64,000 bases of DNA from Thermoplasmata archaeon (lineage in GTDB: Archaea > Thermoplasmatota > Thermoplasmata > Lutacidiplasmatales > UBA184). Shown in pieces: positions 17,229 through 24,984 of the stretch. The notes beneath the pieces were generated by a model, which did no database searches, was not told the origin of the DNA, and worked only from the letters and a program-made list of their open reading frames with translations. Both the position numbers and the translations under genes were made by a program. Each line of letters opens with the position of its first letter. The stretch's first letter is position 1. The stretch is taken from contig JBEKJG010000006.1 in assembly GCA_050011355.1 (NCBI GenBank), positions 30,640 through 94,639 on the forward strand. The letters are read 5' to 3'.

Positions 17229-17346
17229 GTCCGGCCCGTGGGCGGTCGGACCAGGTTCGATCCCGGGGCCCCACGCGGGCACCGCCCGTAGCCCTTGTAA
17301 CCACAGTGGGTTACGGCGGACGACCTGCGGGGAAGGTCCGGGGACC

Positions 17347-18267
17347 ATGGACCGGAAAGAGCTCATCCAGGCACTCGTCCGGTTCGGGCTGAACGACCGA
17401 GAGGCCCAGCTCTACCTCGTACTCGTCCAGCGGGGCCCTTCGACTGCTCCGGAGGCGGCCCGCGAAGCCGGTTCCGACCGGGTCGTTGCGTACCGTACCC
17501 TCGACGCCCTTCGAGCCCGAGGCCGAGTGACCGTGACGGCCGAGCGGCCGCGACGATACGTCCCGGTTCCGCCTCGCGCCCTGTTCGACGAGCACATCGC
17601 CGGGAGACGTACGGCGGTGGTCGAGGATGAGAAGCTGGCCTCCCTCCTGACCGAGTTGCTCCCGGCTCACCCCGGGACGGAGCAACGCGGCGCCCCCCGG
17701 TTCCAGGTCCTCCCGGGCGCACCGGGAATCTACCCGCTGCTGCGAGAGATGGTCAAGCGGGCCCACACGAGCCTCTCGGTCATGATCACGCACGGCGGGC
17801 TGCGTCGGTCGGTGGAGTACGGGATCCAGCAGGAGATCCCTCGTTTCCTCCGCGGCGGGGGCCACGTCCGGATGATCGTGGAATCCGACCCTCGAGTTCG
17901 CCAGGTGCTGCTAGGGTTCACCCGCTCCCAGCGACGGTTTCCGAACCTCGAGATCCGCCAACTCTACCCTCAATCGGCGCGCATGACGATCGTCGACGAC
18001 CGGGAGGTACTGGTCTTCCCCGTTCCCAACGGACAGGCGCGGGGTGTCCAGGAGGTCGCCATCTGGACGGACAACGTGGACTTCATCCGGAGCCAGGCAC
18101 TGCACTTCGATGGGATGTGGGAACGAGCGGGTCCGGCGACCTGGCGGATTCCAAGGGCCTCCGCTTCCCGCCGCAGCGGCCCGTCAGACCGCGGGTCGTC
18201 CCGTACGACCCCGAATCCCGGCCGAGCGGGCGGCGCGGCCCGCCTGCCGCGGTCGCCTTCGTTGTAG
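17347..18267 (+). CDS. TrmB-family transcriptional regulator
   Basis: N-terminal wHTH LVRFGLNDREAQLYLVLVQRGPSTAPEAAREAGSDRVVAYRTLDALRARG plus a C-terminal TrmB-type effector domain. Confidence 0.8.
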   Translation: MDRKELIQALVRFGLNDREAQLYLVLVQRGPSTAPEAAREAGSDRVVAYRTLDALRARGRVTVTAERPRRYVPVPPRALFDEHIAGRRTAVVEDEKLASLLTELLPAHPGTEQRGAPRFQVLPGAPGIYPLLREMVKRAHTSLSVMITHGGLRRSVEYGIQQEIPRFLRGGGHVRMIVESDPRVRQVLLGFTRSQRRFPNLEIRQLYPQSARMTIVDDREVLVFPVPNGQARGVQEVAIWTDNVDFIRSQALHFDGMWERAGPATWRIPRASASRRSGPSDRGSSRTTPNPGRAGGAARLPRSPSL

Positions 18268-18345
18268 CTCGACGCCACAACGAGCGTTCATATCCCGGGT
18301 CCGGCGTATCCTGTTCGCCCGCCAGCGGCGGGCGGAGTGAGTACC

Positions 18346-18504
18346 ATGGGATGCGGGCGGATGAAGGTCGAGTGCGCGGACGGGTTTGAGGTCGTGACGA
18401 AGGACAAGAACGAGCTGGTCGCGACGGTCGGCTGGCACCTCAAGCACACCCATCAGAAGGATCTCCCCGAGGCGGAGATCATGAAGATGGCCAAGCACCC
18501 GTAG
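18346..18504 (+). CDS. Small DUF1059-like protein (not in the ORF track, below 60 aa)
   Basis: Own translation: MGCGRMKVECADGFEVVTKDKNELVATVGWHLKHTHQKDLPEAEIMKMAKHP. It resembles small DUF1059 proteins (MK.EC.d.gfev....eeel...v..H.k..H). The start may be the second ATG at 18361. Confidence 0.5.
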   Translation: MGCGRMKVECADGFEVVTKDKNELVATVGWHLKHTHQKDLPEAEIMKMAKHP

Positions 18505-18550
18505 GAGGGGCCCCCCTCGCCACGGGCCAACTCCTTCCTTCTTTTCTCTC

Positions 18551-19585
18551 CTACCGGGCCGGCACGTTGCGGATCCATGCCGTCGGGGCCATGCTGGCGA
18601 GGGCGGCCCGTGCCAAGACCACCCGTCGCATCGAGCCGACGACCTCGTGGGCGGGAAGGTCACCGAGGTCGAACATCCCCAATACCTCGTCCACGCCCAG
18701 TCGCTCGAACTCGTGGAGGCGGGTGCGGACTTCGTCCGGAGAACCGAACACCGAGAACCCGGCCCGTTCGACGTCCGCGGCCGTCACCGTCGCCGGGGCC
18801 CGGCGGACCGACCCCTCATAGTACCCCCCGAGGGTCGCGGCGCGGCTTTGAAGATGGCGGTCCAGTGCGCGGTTCGCGCGGTGGGGGTCATCGCCGACGT
18901 AGATCGGGAGCGCCACGGAAATGCGTCCCGGGGCCCCCGGTGAGAGTTCCGCCCGGTACTCGCGGATCGCTGCCCCGAGGTCGGACGGGTCGCGGAAGGT
19001 GGCATACGGCAACAGAGCGATCGAAAGCCCAGCCCTCGCGACGTGGGGGACGCTCTCCCGACGCTGGACGGAGACCCAGATCGGCGGGTGGGGGAATTGG
19101 GGCGACCGGACGTTGATCCGGACCACGCCGCCTCCTTCGACCCCGACCGGCGACCCGGCGAACGCCGCGCGAACTTCTGCGAGGGTCCGTTCGAACCGTT
19201 CCCGTTTCGAGTCCGGCGAAACACCGAATCCCTCGAGCTCGAGCGGCACATAGCCGGATCCCACCCCGAAATTGAGCCGGCCGTGGAGGAGTTGGTCCAG
19301 CATCGAGTATTCCTCGGCAATGTCCACCGCACGGTGGAAGGGCAGGACGCACACCAGCGAACCGAGGCGGATCGCTGACGTCCGCTGGCCGGCCGCGGCG
19401 AGAAGGACCGGCGGAGACGGGCACATCCCCCCCGACTGGAAGTGGTGCTCTCCAACCCAGAAGGAGGAGAGCCCGGACCGCTCGGCGGTCTCGACCAGGC
19501 GGAGGAGTTCGTCGTAGCGCGAACCCGCCCCAGCGTCGACGATGTCCGGGCGCGGTTCGACGATCGAGAATGCACCCAGTTCCAT
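18551..19585 (-). CDS. LLM-class (luciferase-like) flavin-dependent oxidoreductase
   Basis: 344-aa ORF with SSFWVGEHHF, RLGSLVCVLPFH and RLNFGVGSGY, typical of the bacterial luciferase-like family. Confidence 0.85.
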   Translation of the reverse strand: MELGAFSIVEPRPDIVDAGAGSRYDELLRLVETAERSGLSSFWVGEHHFQSGGMCPSPPVLLAAAGQRTSAIRLGSLVCVLPFHRAVDIAEEYSMLDQLLHGRLNFGVGSGYVPLELEGFGVSPDSKRERFERTLAEVRAAFAGSPVGVEGGGVVRINVRSPQFPHPPIWVSVQRRESVPHVARAGLSIALLPYATFRDPSDLGAAIREYRAELSPGAPGRISVALPIYVGDDPHRANRALDRHLQSRAATLGGYYEGSVRRAPATVTAADVERAGFSVFGSPDEVRTRLHEFERLGVDEVLGMFDLGDLPAHEVVGSMRRVVLARAALASMAPTAWIRNVPAR

Positions 19586-19715
19586 GCGCCCAAATCCCGG
19601 CCCCGGGGGTAAATGGGATTGTGGTCACCGGGTGATTCCACAACCCGACCGGGGCGGGGTCGCGCGAGGGCCGCGCGCTCCTCGTCAGCTCGACTCCGCC
19701 GCTGAGGTCGAAGCT

Positions 19716-19723
19716 CATATACA
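19716..19723 (+). promoter_or_regulatory. TATA-like box (CATATACA) about 27 nt upstream of tRNA-Met position +1
   Basis: AT-rich octamer at the spacing expected for an archaeal tRNA promoter. Confidence 0.4.
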
Positions 19724-19745
19724 GCGCCCTCCATGGCCGCGCCGC

Positions 19746-19848
19746 AGCGGGGTAGGGTAGTCAGGAAAACGTCCGGGGACCCCGGCCGTCCTGAAATCCC
19801 GACGGGCTCATAACCCGTAGATCCATGGTTCAAATCCATGCCCCGCTA
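19746..19848 (+). tRNA. tRNA-Met (CAU), initiator-like, with a ~28-nt insertion in the D-loop region
   Basis: Acceptor AGCGGGG/CCCCGCT (A1:U72). Anticodon stem ACGGG/CCCGT (three G:C pairs) with loop CTCATAA (CAT at 19809..19811). T-arm CATGG-TTCAAAT-CCATG, discriminator A. There are 38 nt between the D-stem halves GGGT (19755-58) and TCCC (19797-800), against about 9-10 expected. Confidence 0.7.
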
Positions 19849-19870
19849 GCTTCTGGCGAGGCAGTCGCCA
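19836..19870 (+). repeat. Left copy of a 35-nt direct repeat (last 13 nt of tRNA-Met plus 22 nt downstream)
   Basis: ccatgccccgctagcttctggcgaggcagtcgcca versus ccatgccccgctagctactggcgaggcacacgcca at 21625..21659. Identity is 32/35 in the same orientation. Confidence 0.85.
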
Positions 19871-20048
19871 GCTCATACTCCGGCGCGACGGGGGTTCTAC
19901 ACTTCTCCACGGTACGTTGTCAAAAGCCCCACCCTCAGTTCGAGCGCCCGAGACTGACCTCCCTGCAGATCTAGCCCTGTCTGAGGGAGTCGAGAGGGAG
20001 GACGTCCCTTCCGGGCGGGGTCCGTCCCGGCCGGGCGATTCGCAGGGC

Positions 20049-20055
20049 TTATCAA
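20049..20055 (+). promoter_or_regulatory. TATA-like box (TTATCAA) 28 nt upstream of the ATG at 20080
   Basis: Same spacing as at other genes in this window. Confidence 0.4.
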
Positions 20056-20079
20056 TGGTGGTCATGTACCGTCACCAAC

Positions 20080-20310
20080 ATGGCGGGGGGCCCCCTAACT
20101 TCAATTCCGGTCCACGCCGATGTCGTCCGGCGACTTCGCTCGCTCAAGACCGCCGATCAAACCTGGGACGAATTCTTGACGGAGATGGCCGAGGACTACG
20201 TCCCCCCGGGGTGGTACGCGGAAATGGAACGGCGGCGGATTGAAGGACCCGACTTCGCTGGGACGGCGGTCCTCGCCCGCTCCCGGGAGCTCGCGACTCA
20301 CGGTCGTTGA
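20080..20310 (+). CDS. Antitoxin-like protein (PF02697/DUF217 VapB-like pattern), paralog of 3860..4102
   Basis: 76-aa ORF containing LTSIPVHADVVRRLRSLKTADQTWDEFLTEMAEDY. Its stop overlaps the start of the toxin ORF (GTTGA). Confidence 0.6.
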   Translation: MAGGPLTSIPVHADVVRRLRSLKTADQTWDEFLTEMAEDYVPPGWYAEMERRRIEGPDFAGTAVLARSRELATHGR

Positions 20311-20630
20311 CCGTGGCGCGTCGCTTCGTCTTCCGCGCGCCGTCGGACACGGAGTACCTCGAACTTCCCGTCTCCCTCCGCCGAACGTTCGAAGAGATCC
20401 TGCCCGCGCTCGTCCGTCAACCCTTTCGTTCGGGAGCTGGATTTACCGTCGGCAGTGTTCGGCGGCACCCGGGTCTGTGGAAGCTGAAACTGACCGACTT
20501 TCCCCCCCGAACATTTCGTGCCATTTACGAAGTCGACGGCGAGGTCGTGAGGTTTCTTGGCTTTGGCCCGCGACCGGACTTCTATCGCCGCCTCCGTCAG
20601 ACCAACCGGATCTCACGGGATCGATTCTGA
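20307..20630 (+). CDS. RelE/ParE-superfamily toxin-like protein, paralog of 3553..3873
   Basis: 107-aa ORF. GLWKLKLTDFPPRTFRAIYEVDGEVVRFLGFGPRPDFY fits the RelE/ParE pattern. TTG start overlaps the antitoxin stop. Confidence 0.6.
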   Translation: MTVARRFVFRAPSDTEYLELPVSLRRTFEEILPALVRQPFRSGAGFTVGSVRRHPGLWKLKLTDFPPRTFRAIYEVDGEVVRFLGFGPRPDFYRRLRQTNRISRDRF

Positions 20631-20672
20631 CGGCTGGGCGGAGACTGCTACTTCAACAAGACGCAGTCGTCT

Positions 20673-21455
20673 CTATTCCGCCGTAGACCCTCGGGCGCGG
20701 CGCGAGGCCGACGGGGAGGGACGATAATCTTGAATGCGGTCGAGCCAGTCGCGAGCCAAGGCAGCCGCAAGGGGGTTCCGGTCGGTCCACAGAGTGTGGC
20801 CGGCCGAGTCCAGGATGGCGTACGTCGCCCGCGGGAATCCATTCAATAGCCTCCAGTACGTTCTGTAGCGGAAAGGAGCGTCCTGCCGGCCGAACAAGAG
20901 CAGGGTCGGCGCCCGAAAATTTGATCCGGGGCGGTAGAGAGCGACGGAGAGGTCCCGGAACGGAAGGCCCTCCAGCCACTGCGTGTCTTCCGAGTACTCG
21001 GAGAGACCGGGGCCCTTCCCTCGGGGCGTCAGAATCGAGGGGGTGCCAAATCGACGGTCCCGCAGTTCCTCCCGGGGACTGTGATTGACTTCGGGAACGC
21101 TCAACATCAATCCCGCCACTTGGGGGCCACGTCGCCGAGCGACGGCCAGGGCGAGATACGCTCCGAACGAGATCCCTCCGAGCGCGAATCTTTCGTCGGC
21201 CGCCACGTCGTCGATAAATTCTAGGACGACGTCCAGGTAGTCGTCCATATCCCGAATCCTAGTCGCGCCCGGGCTCTTTCCATGCCCCGGCAGATCCGGA
21301 TAGAATCGCCTCCAACCCGTTCGGGACCGGAATGCCGGTTCGACCTGGACCATTGCCCGAGTATGGTCACTTGGACTACCGTGAAGCATCACGAAGGGTC
21401 GACCACGACCTCGAGCCTCGTAATATATCGAAACCCCGGGAAGGCGACAGTACAT
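20673..21455 (-). CDS. Alpha/beta-fold hydrolase
   Basis: 260-aa ORF with oxyanion region FVMLHGSPSD and nucleophile elbow LGGISFGAYLA. Lower GC than the flanking DNA. Confidence 0.8.
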   Translation of the reverse strand: MYCRLPGVSIYYEARGRGRPFVMLHGSPSDHTRAMVQVEPAFRSRTGWRRFYPDLPGHGKSPGATRIRDMDDYLDVVLEFIDDVAADERFALGGISFGAYLALAVARRRGPQVAGLMLSVPEVNHSPREELRDRRFGTPSILTPRGKGPGLSEYSEDTQWLEGLPFRDLSVALYRPGSNFRAPTLLLFGRQDAPFRYRTYWRLLNGFPRATYAILDSAGHTLWTDRNPLAAALARDWLDRIQDYRPSPSASRRARGSTAE

Positions 21456-21624
21456 AGTACCCCCTCAGGTTGCGGCAGCTAAGGTCCCTTTCCCCGCCGG
21501 TGGGGTCATCGTCCGGGGGCGGGGCCACTTCGGCATGGACGGTTTAACGGCATCGAGCGTTTCAAACAAGTCGGAACCCGGCTCCGACTCACACTATGCC
21601 AGGGATTTGAACGAAAGTGCGATA

Positions 21625-21659
21625 CCATGCCCCGCTAGCTACTGGCGAGGCACACGCCA
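21625..21659 (+). repeat. Right copy of the 35-nt tRNA-Met 3'-end direct repeat
   Basis: See 19836..19870. The stop codon (21639..21641) of the convergent membrane-protein ORF lies inside this repeat. Confidence 0.85.
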
Positions 21660-22364
21660 CCCCGTGCTAGCCGGGCCCGCACGACCCACCGCGGCCCCGG
21701 CCGGGTGGGTTGTCCAACGCGAGACACCTGCTCCGGAAGTGCCCTCGCGGCAGCGCGGTTCCGGTGCTAGACCGAACCGACTTTGCCGGGGTTCTCCCCC
21801 GAATGCACCACTCCGCGGGGAGGGGATGGAGCCGGGCTCGGGTTCGGGCTCGCCGGTGATCGAGGCCACGGCGCCCAGGGCGCCGGCGGCGGCCGCACTG
21901 GTCGAGCAGCACGCCCCGAGCGTCAGGAGCGCCACCATCGCCGGGGTCATCCCAGCCAGTAGCGGAACTTGGCCCTCCATCGTCCGAGCGGCCCGCCACG
22001 AGCGGAAGAATCGGATCGCGACGAGGAGGCCGGCCCCCATCCCCAGCCCCACGCCGATCGAGACGACCGCCATCGAGATTGTCGCAAGGAGCGGGAGCAC
22101 CAAGACCGCCCCAGGTGTGACAACGATCAGGGCAGGATAGTTCCACCACGCGGGAGAATAGGGATTGGTCAGGACGGCGACGGTCGGCGTGGAGGCGCCG
22201 GTCCGGACGAACTCCAGCATGTAGCCGGCCAGGAGCGCGACGAAACCGTAGCCCACGGCGATCGCCGTGACCGCCAGCTTGGCGCGCACGCCACGGACCT
22301 CGGCCCGGGTGCGGCGGAGTGTAAGGAGGGATCCGAGCGTGATCGCACGGGCGCGCTCCGTCAT
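21639..22364 (-). CDS. Polytopic membrane protein of unknown function
   Basis: 241-aa ORF with several hydrophobic spans (LAVTAIAVGYGFVALLAGYML, ALIVVTPGAVLVLPLLATISMAVVSIGVGLGMGAGLLVAI). The last ~70 aa are P/G/R-rich and may be spurious. 4-nt overlap with the upstream gene. Confidence 0.6.
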   Translation of the reverse strand: MTERARAITLGSLLTLRRTRAEVRGVRAKLAVTAIAVGYGFVALLAGYMLEFVRTGASTPTVAVLTNPYSPAWWNYPALIVVTPGAVLVLPLLATISMAVVSIGVGLGMGAGLLVAIRFFRSWRAARTMEGQVPLLAGMTPAMVALLTLGACCSTSAAAAGALGAVASITGEPEPEPGSIPSPRSGAFGGEPRQSRFGLAPEPRCREGTSGAGVSRWTTHPAGAAVGRAGPASTGWRVPRQ

Positions 22365-23014
22365 GGTCGGCCCTTCCGAGCGTAGATCAGAGCCACCACT
22401 CCGACGAGGACAAGGAGCGACACGCCGATGACGGCTGCTTCCTGGGTTACTGGGGTGAGCCTAGAGTTACCGGCCACCGACCCGCTTCCGTTAGAAGCAT
22501 CGGCTCCCGTGTTTTCCCATCCGGGGTTTTGTAACGTAACGGCCACGGAAGAGTTGGCATAGAGCGTCTGACCCCCGGTGGTCGCCGTGACGTGCAGAGT
22601 CCCGCTCATCGGGGCCAGGCAGGCCGAATAGGCGACGGCGCCCCCGGCGGTGGAGTTGAGCACGCCAAGGTACGTCGGGGTCAACCACCAGGAGAATACC
22701 GTCGCCTCGCCCGTCGAACTGCCGCAACCGTTCGATACGGTCGCCCAGAACACCTGGTCCTGGAGCGGAGAGACATTGACGTTTCCCGGGTGGATCGCGA
22801 GTACTGGCAGACCACCGCCGCTGCAATTCGAGCCAAGCTCCCGGCTCGCCCCGCTAGAGACATACAAGTTCTGGGGGGTTGAATCGCGGGCCCTGCCCGT
22901 AGCAGAGCTCGGCGCAAGCGACCCGCAAACTAGCAATGCCATCAACACGAGGAGGGCGAGGCCCATGCCGGGGGGTCGAAGTCTCCCCGACCTTCGCGCG
23001 TTCGCATCGGTCAT
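22361..23014 (-). CDS. Secreted Ig-like (Big_2-like) protein with a C-terminal TM anchor
   Basis: Start set at ATG 23014 (MTDANARRSGRLRPPGMGLALLVLMALLVCGSLA, signal-like). Beta-rich body with sequons. C-terminal TM AAVIGVSLLVLVGVVALIYARKGRP. Confidence 0.6.
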   Translation of the reverse strand: MTDANARRSGRLRPPGMGLALLVLMALLVCGSLAPSSATGRARDSTPQNLYVSSGASRELGSNCSGGGLPVLAIHPGNVNVSPLQDQVFWATVSNGCGSSTGEATVFSWWLTPTYLGVLNSTAGGAVAYSACLAPMSGTLHVTATTGGQTLYANSSVAVTLQNPGWENTGADASNGSGSVAGNSRLTPVTQEAAVIGVSLLVLVGVVALIYARKGRP

Positions 23015-23234
23015 GCGTCCCGCGGCACTATCGGGCCGGGGGGATGAAGCCAAGGTGAACCCAAATTGACACGGGACGCCGGCCTCAAGGGTGCGTGATT
23101 CGTGCTCGGGGGAGGGAGGGCGTCCTGGACCGAGGACACGGCTCAGGTCCGCCCCAGGGGTCCAGATTCCCAAACCCTCCCGTCGACCTGGACGGGCACG
23201 GCGCTTTTACCGAGTACCGGATGTCTGACCGACC

Positions 23235-23801
23235 ATGGATCCCCCCTCGTCCGATCCACCGCTCGGTCGACCCGCCGTCGCGACGCGAATCCGCCGATTG
23301 CGGGAATCGGACCTCGAGGAGTACCGAACCCTACGACTGCGATCCCTCCGGGAGGACCCCCTGGCGTTCGGAAGCACGCTCGCACGCGAACAGGCGTTCG
23401 AGCCCTCGCACTGGGCCGATCGGGTCCGCCAGGGCGCCTCCGGAACCCGCGAAGGGGTCTGGGTGGCGGAAGGACCGGGCGGTGCCCTGATCGGGATGAT
23501 CGGCGCCTTTCCGAAGGACGGGACGATTCACGTGTTTGGGATGTGGGTCGAGCCTGACATGCGACAGAACGGCCTGGGGGGTAAGCTGCTCGATGCTCTG
23601 CTCGATTGGGCCTCGACGGAGGATCCGGCGGCGGACGTCATGCTTTCCGTGAACCCCTCCCAATTGGCCGCGGTCCGGCTTTACCTCGGTCGAGGGTTTC
23701 AGCCGACCGGAGTGGTGGAACCCCTGGGTCACACGCCCGGAGCGGTCGTTCACGAAATGCGCCGCCCCCCAAAGGGGACCGCGCCGCCGAGCCGGGTCTA
23801 A
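23235..23801 (+). CDS. GNAT-family N-acetyltransferase
   Basis: 188-aa ORF. IRRLRESDLEEYRTLRL...MWVEPDMRQNGLGGKLLDALLDWA matches the acetyl-CoA (Q/RxxGxG/A) motif region. Confidence 0.8.
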   Translation: MDPPSSDPPLGRPAVATRIRRLRESDLEEYRTLRLRSLREDPLAFGSTLAREQAFEPSHWADRVRQGASGTREGVWVAEGPGGALIGMIGAFPKDGTIHVFGMWVEPDMRQNGLGGKLLDALLDWASTEDPAADVMLSVNPSQLAAVRLYLGRGFQPTGVVEPLGHTPGAVVHEMRRPPKGTAPPSRV

Positions 23802-23805
23802 GACG

Positions 23806-24411
23806 TTACGGCGGCGTATCGCCGGCCGGGGATTCGGTGGTCTTCGCCTTGGACTTCCGCCGACCGGACTTCCGCGGCGCACTCGCCGCATCCCCCGAGG
23901 AGACCGCCCCTTCCGAGCTGGTGCCCGAGGAGGACATGGACATTCCGGAGTCGTCCATCGGTTCGGGCGAGGAGGTGCTCGGAGCCATGTACGGCTCGGG
24001 AGGCGTTGGGGGTGGGGGCGGGGGAACCGGAACCGTCGGCGGCGGAGACGGGGCCATCGGCGGTGTCGGGGAAGCCGAAGGGGCCGGCGCCGCCATCGGG
24101 GGCCGGGGGTTCTCCCGGGCGGCCGGTGCCGGGGCGGGGGGGTTGGTAGCAGGGCTCGCCGGTCGGGAGGGGATGGGTACGAACTCGCCGGGCCTCCACG
24201 TGTGGGGCATCCGGAGGATGGAAGGGTCCTTCAGGAACAGGTCCGCGTGACCGCAGGCGCGGCAGAGCCGCGTTCCCATGGAGAGCTCGCCGCGAGCGCG
24301 CAAGGAGAGTGCGCCACCCCCGATCGAGCCGGTCTTGAGTTCATTCGCCCAGACGAAATCGGACGCGCCGCAATTGGAACAGACCGGGGCCACGAGGTCA
24401 CCGTCCTTCAC
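23806..24411 (-). CDS. Zinc-ribbon protein with a long Pro/Ser-rich low-complexity tail
   Basis: N-terminal CSNCG...36 aa...CRACG pairs, followed by ~130 aa of P/A/S-rich sequence and a basic end (RKSGRRKSKAK). Confidence 0.5.
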   Translation of the reverse strand: MKDGDLVAPVCSNCGASDFVWANELKTGSIGGGALSLRARGELSMGTRLCRACGHADLFLKDPSILRMPHTWRPGEFVPIPSRPASPATNPPAPAPAARENPRPPMAAPAPSASPTPPMAPSPPPTVPVPPPPPPTPPEPYMAPSTSSPEPMDDSGMSMSSSGTSSEGAVSSGDAASAPRKSGRRKSKAKTTESPAGDTPP

Positions 24412-24516
24412 GGTCAGGCGTCCTCTCGGAAAAAGGCTTGCGTACGCGGAGAGGAGCCGTGTCCCGTTCTGAGGGGGTGCGCAACGGAGATGTAATCGGC
24501 AGCCTTTCCCCGCTCG

Positions 24517-24984
24517 ATGTCACCTCCCGAGCTCAAGCACATCGCGGTCGCGACCGACGGTTCGGAACAAGCCGGCGTCGCCGTGGACACCGCGATCGAC
24601 CTGACCCTGCGGTACCAGGGACAGCTCACGATCCTCGCGGTCGCCCCGATCCAACCGGTGTATGTCGCGGCCAACGAGCCGTTCGTGGCCTCAAACGTGC
24701 CGGTGAGCGACCTGCCGCGCTACCAGAAGATCGTGGAGGAAGCGGTCCAGCGGGCCGAGAAGGCCGGACTCTCCGCGGTCACCGGGATCTGCGAGGACGG
24801 GGTCGTCGCGGACGAACTGCTCGCGTTCCTCGAGCAACACCCGACGGACCTGTTCGTAATCGGTTCGCGCGGCCTTTCGATGGCCAAGCGAATCCTGCTC
24901 GGCAGCGTGTCGACCGCAATCGTCACGCACGCACCGTGCCCGGTGCTGGTCGTGCGGACCCCGCCTACGACGCGTGCTCCGTAA
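24517..24984 (+). CDS. Universal stress protein (UspA family)
   Basis: HIAVATDGSEQA...LFVIGSRGLSMAKRILLGSVSTAIVTHAPCPVLVV. Confidence 0.85.
   Translation: MSPPELKHIAVATDGSEQAGVAVDTAIDLTLRYQGQLTILAVAPIQPVYVAANEPFVASNVPVSDLPRYQKIVEEAVQRAEKAGLSAVTGICEDGVVADELLAFLEQHPTDLFVIGSRGLSMAKRILLGSVSTAIVTHAPCPVLVVRTPPTTRAP

Larger units (their letters stand above)
19849..21659. mobile_element. Putative integrase-less integrated cassette at tRNA-Met (TA pair plus alpha/beta hydrolase)
   Basis: Flanked by the 35-nt att-like direct repeat. Spot GC is 34/60 at 21181-21240 and 38/60 at 20881-20940. No recombinase ORF is present. Confidence 0.55.

Noticed and set aside
17241-17275. T-loop-like GGTTCGATCC flanked by gtgggcg...gccccac, resembling a tRNA minihelix or tRNA 3' fragment
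   Set aside because: The T-stem has a mismatch (CCAGG/CCGGG), the acceptor pairing is imperfect, and there is no D or anticodon arm. It is too short for a tRNA gene and has no repeat partner in the window.
21601-21624. gggatttgaac (the reverse complement of a T-loop consensus) just before the right att-like repeat. This could be a minus-strand tRNA.
   Set aside because: The flanking bases do not form a T-stem (TTTCG vs CCCTG), and no acceptor or anticodon arms could be folded on either strand.
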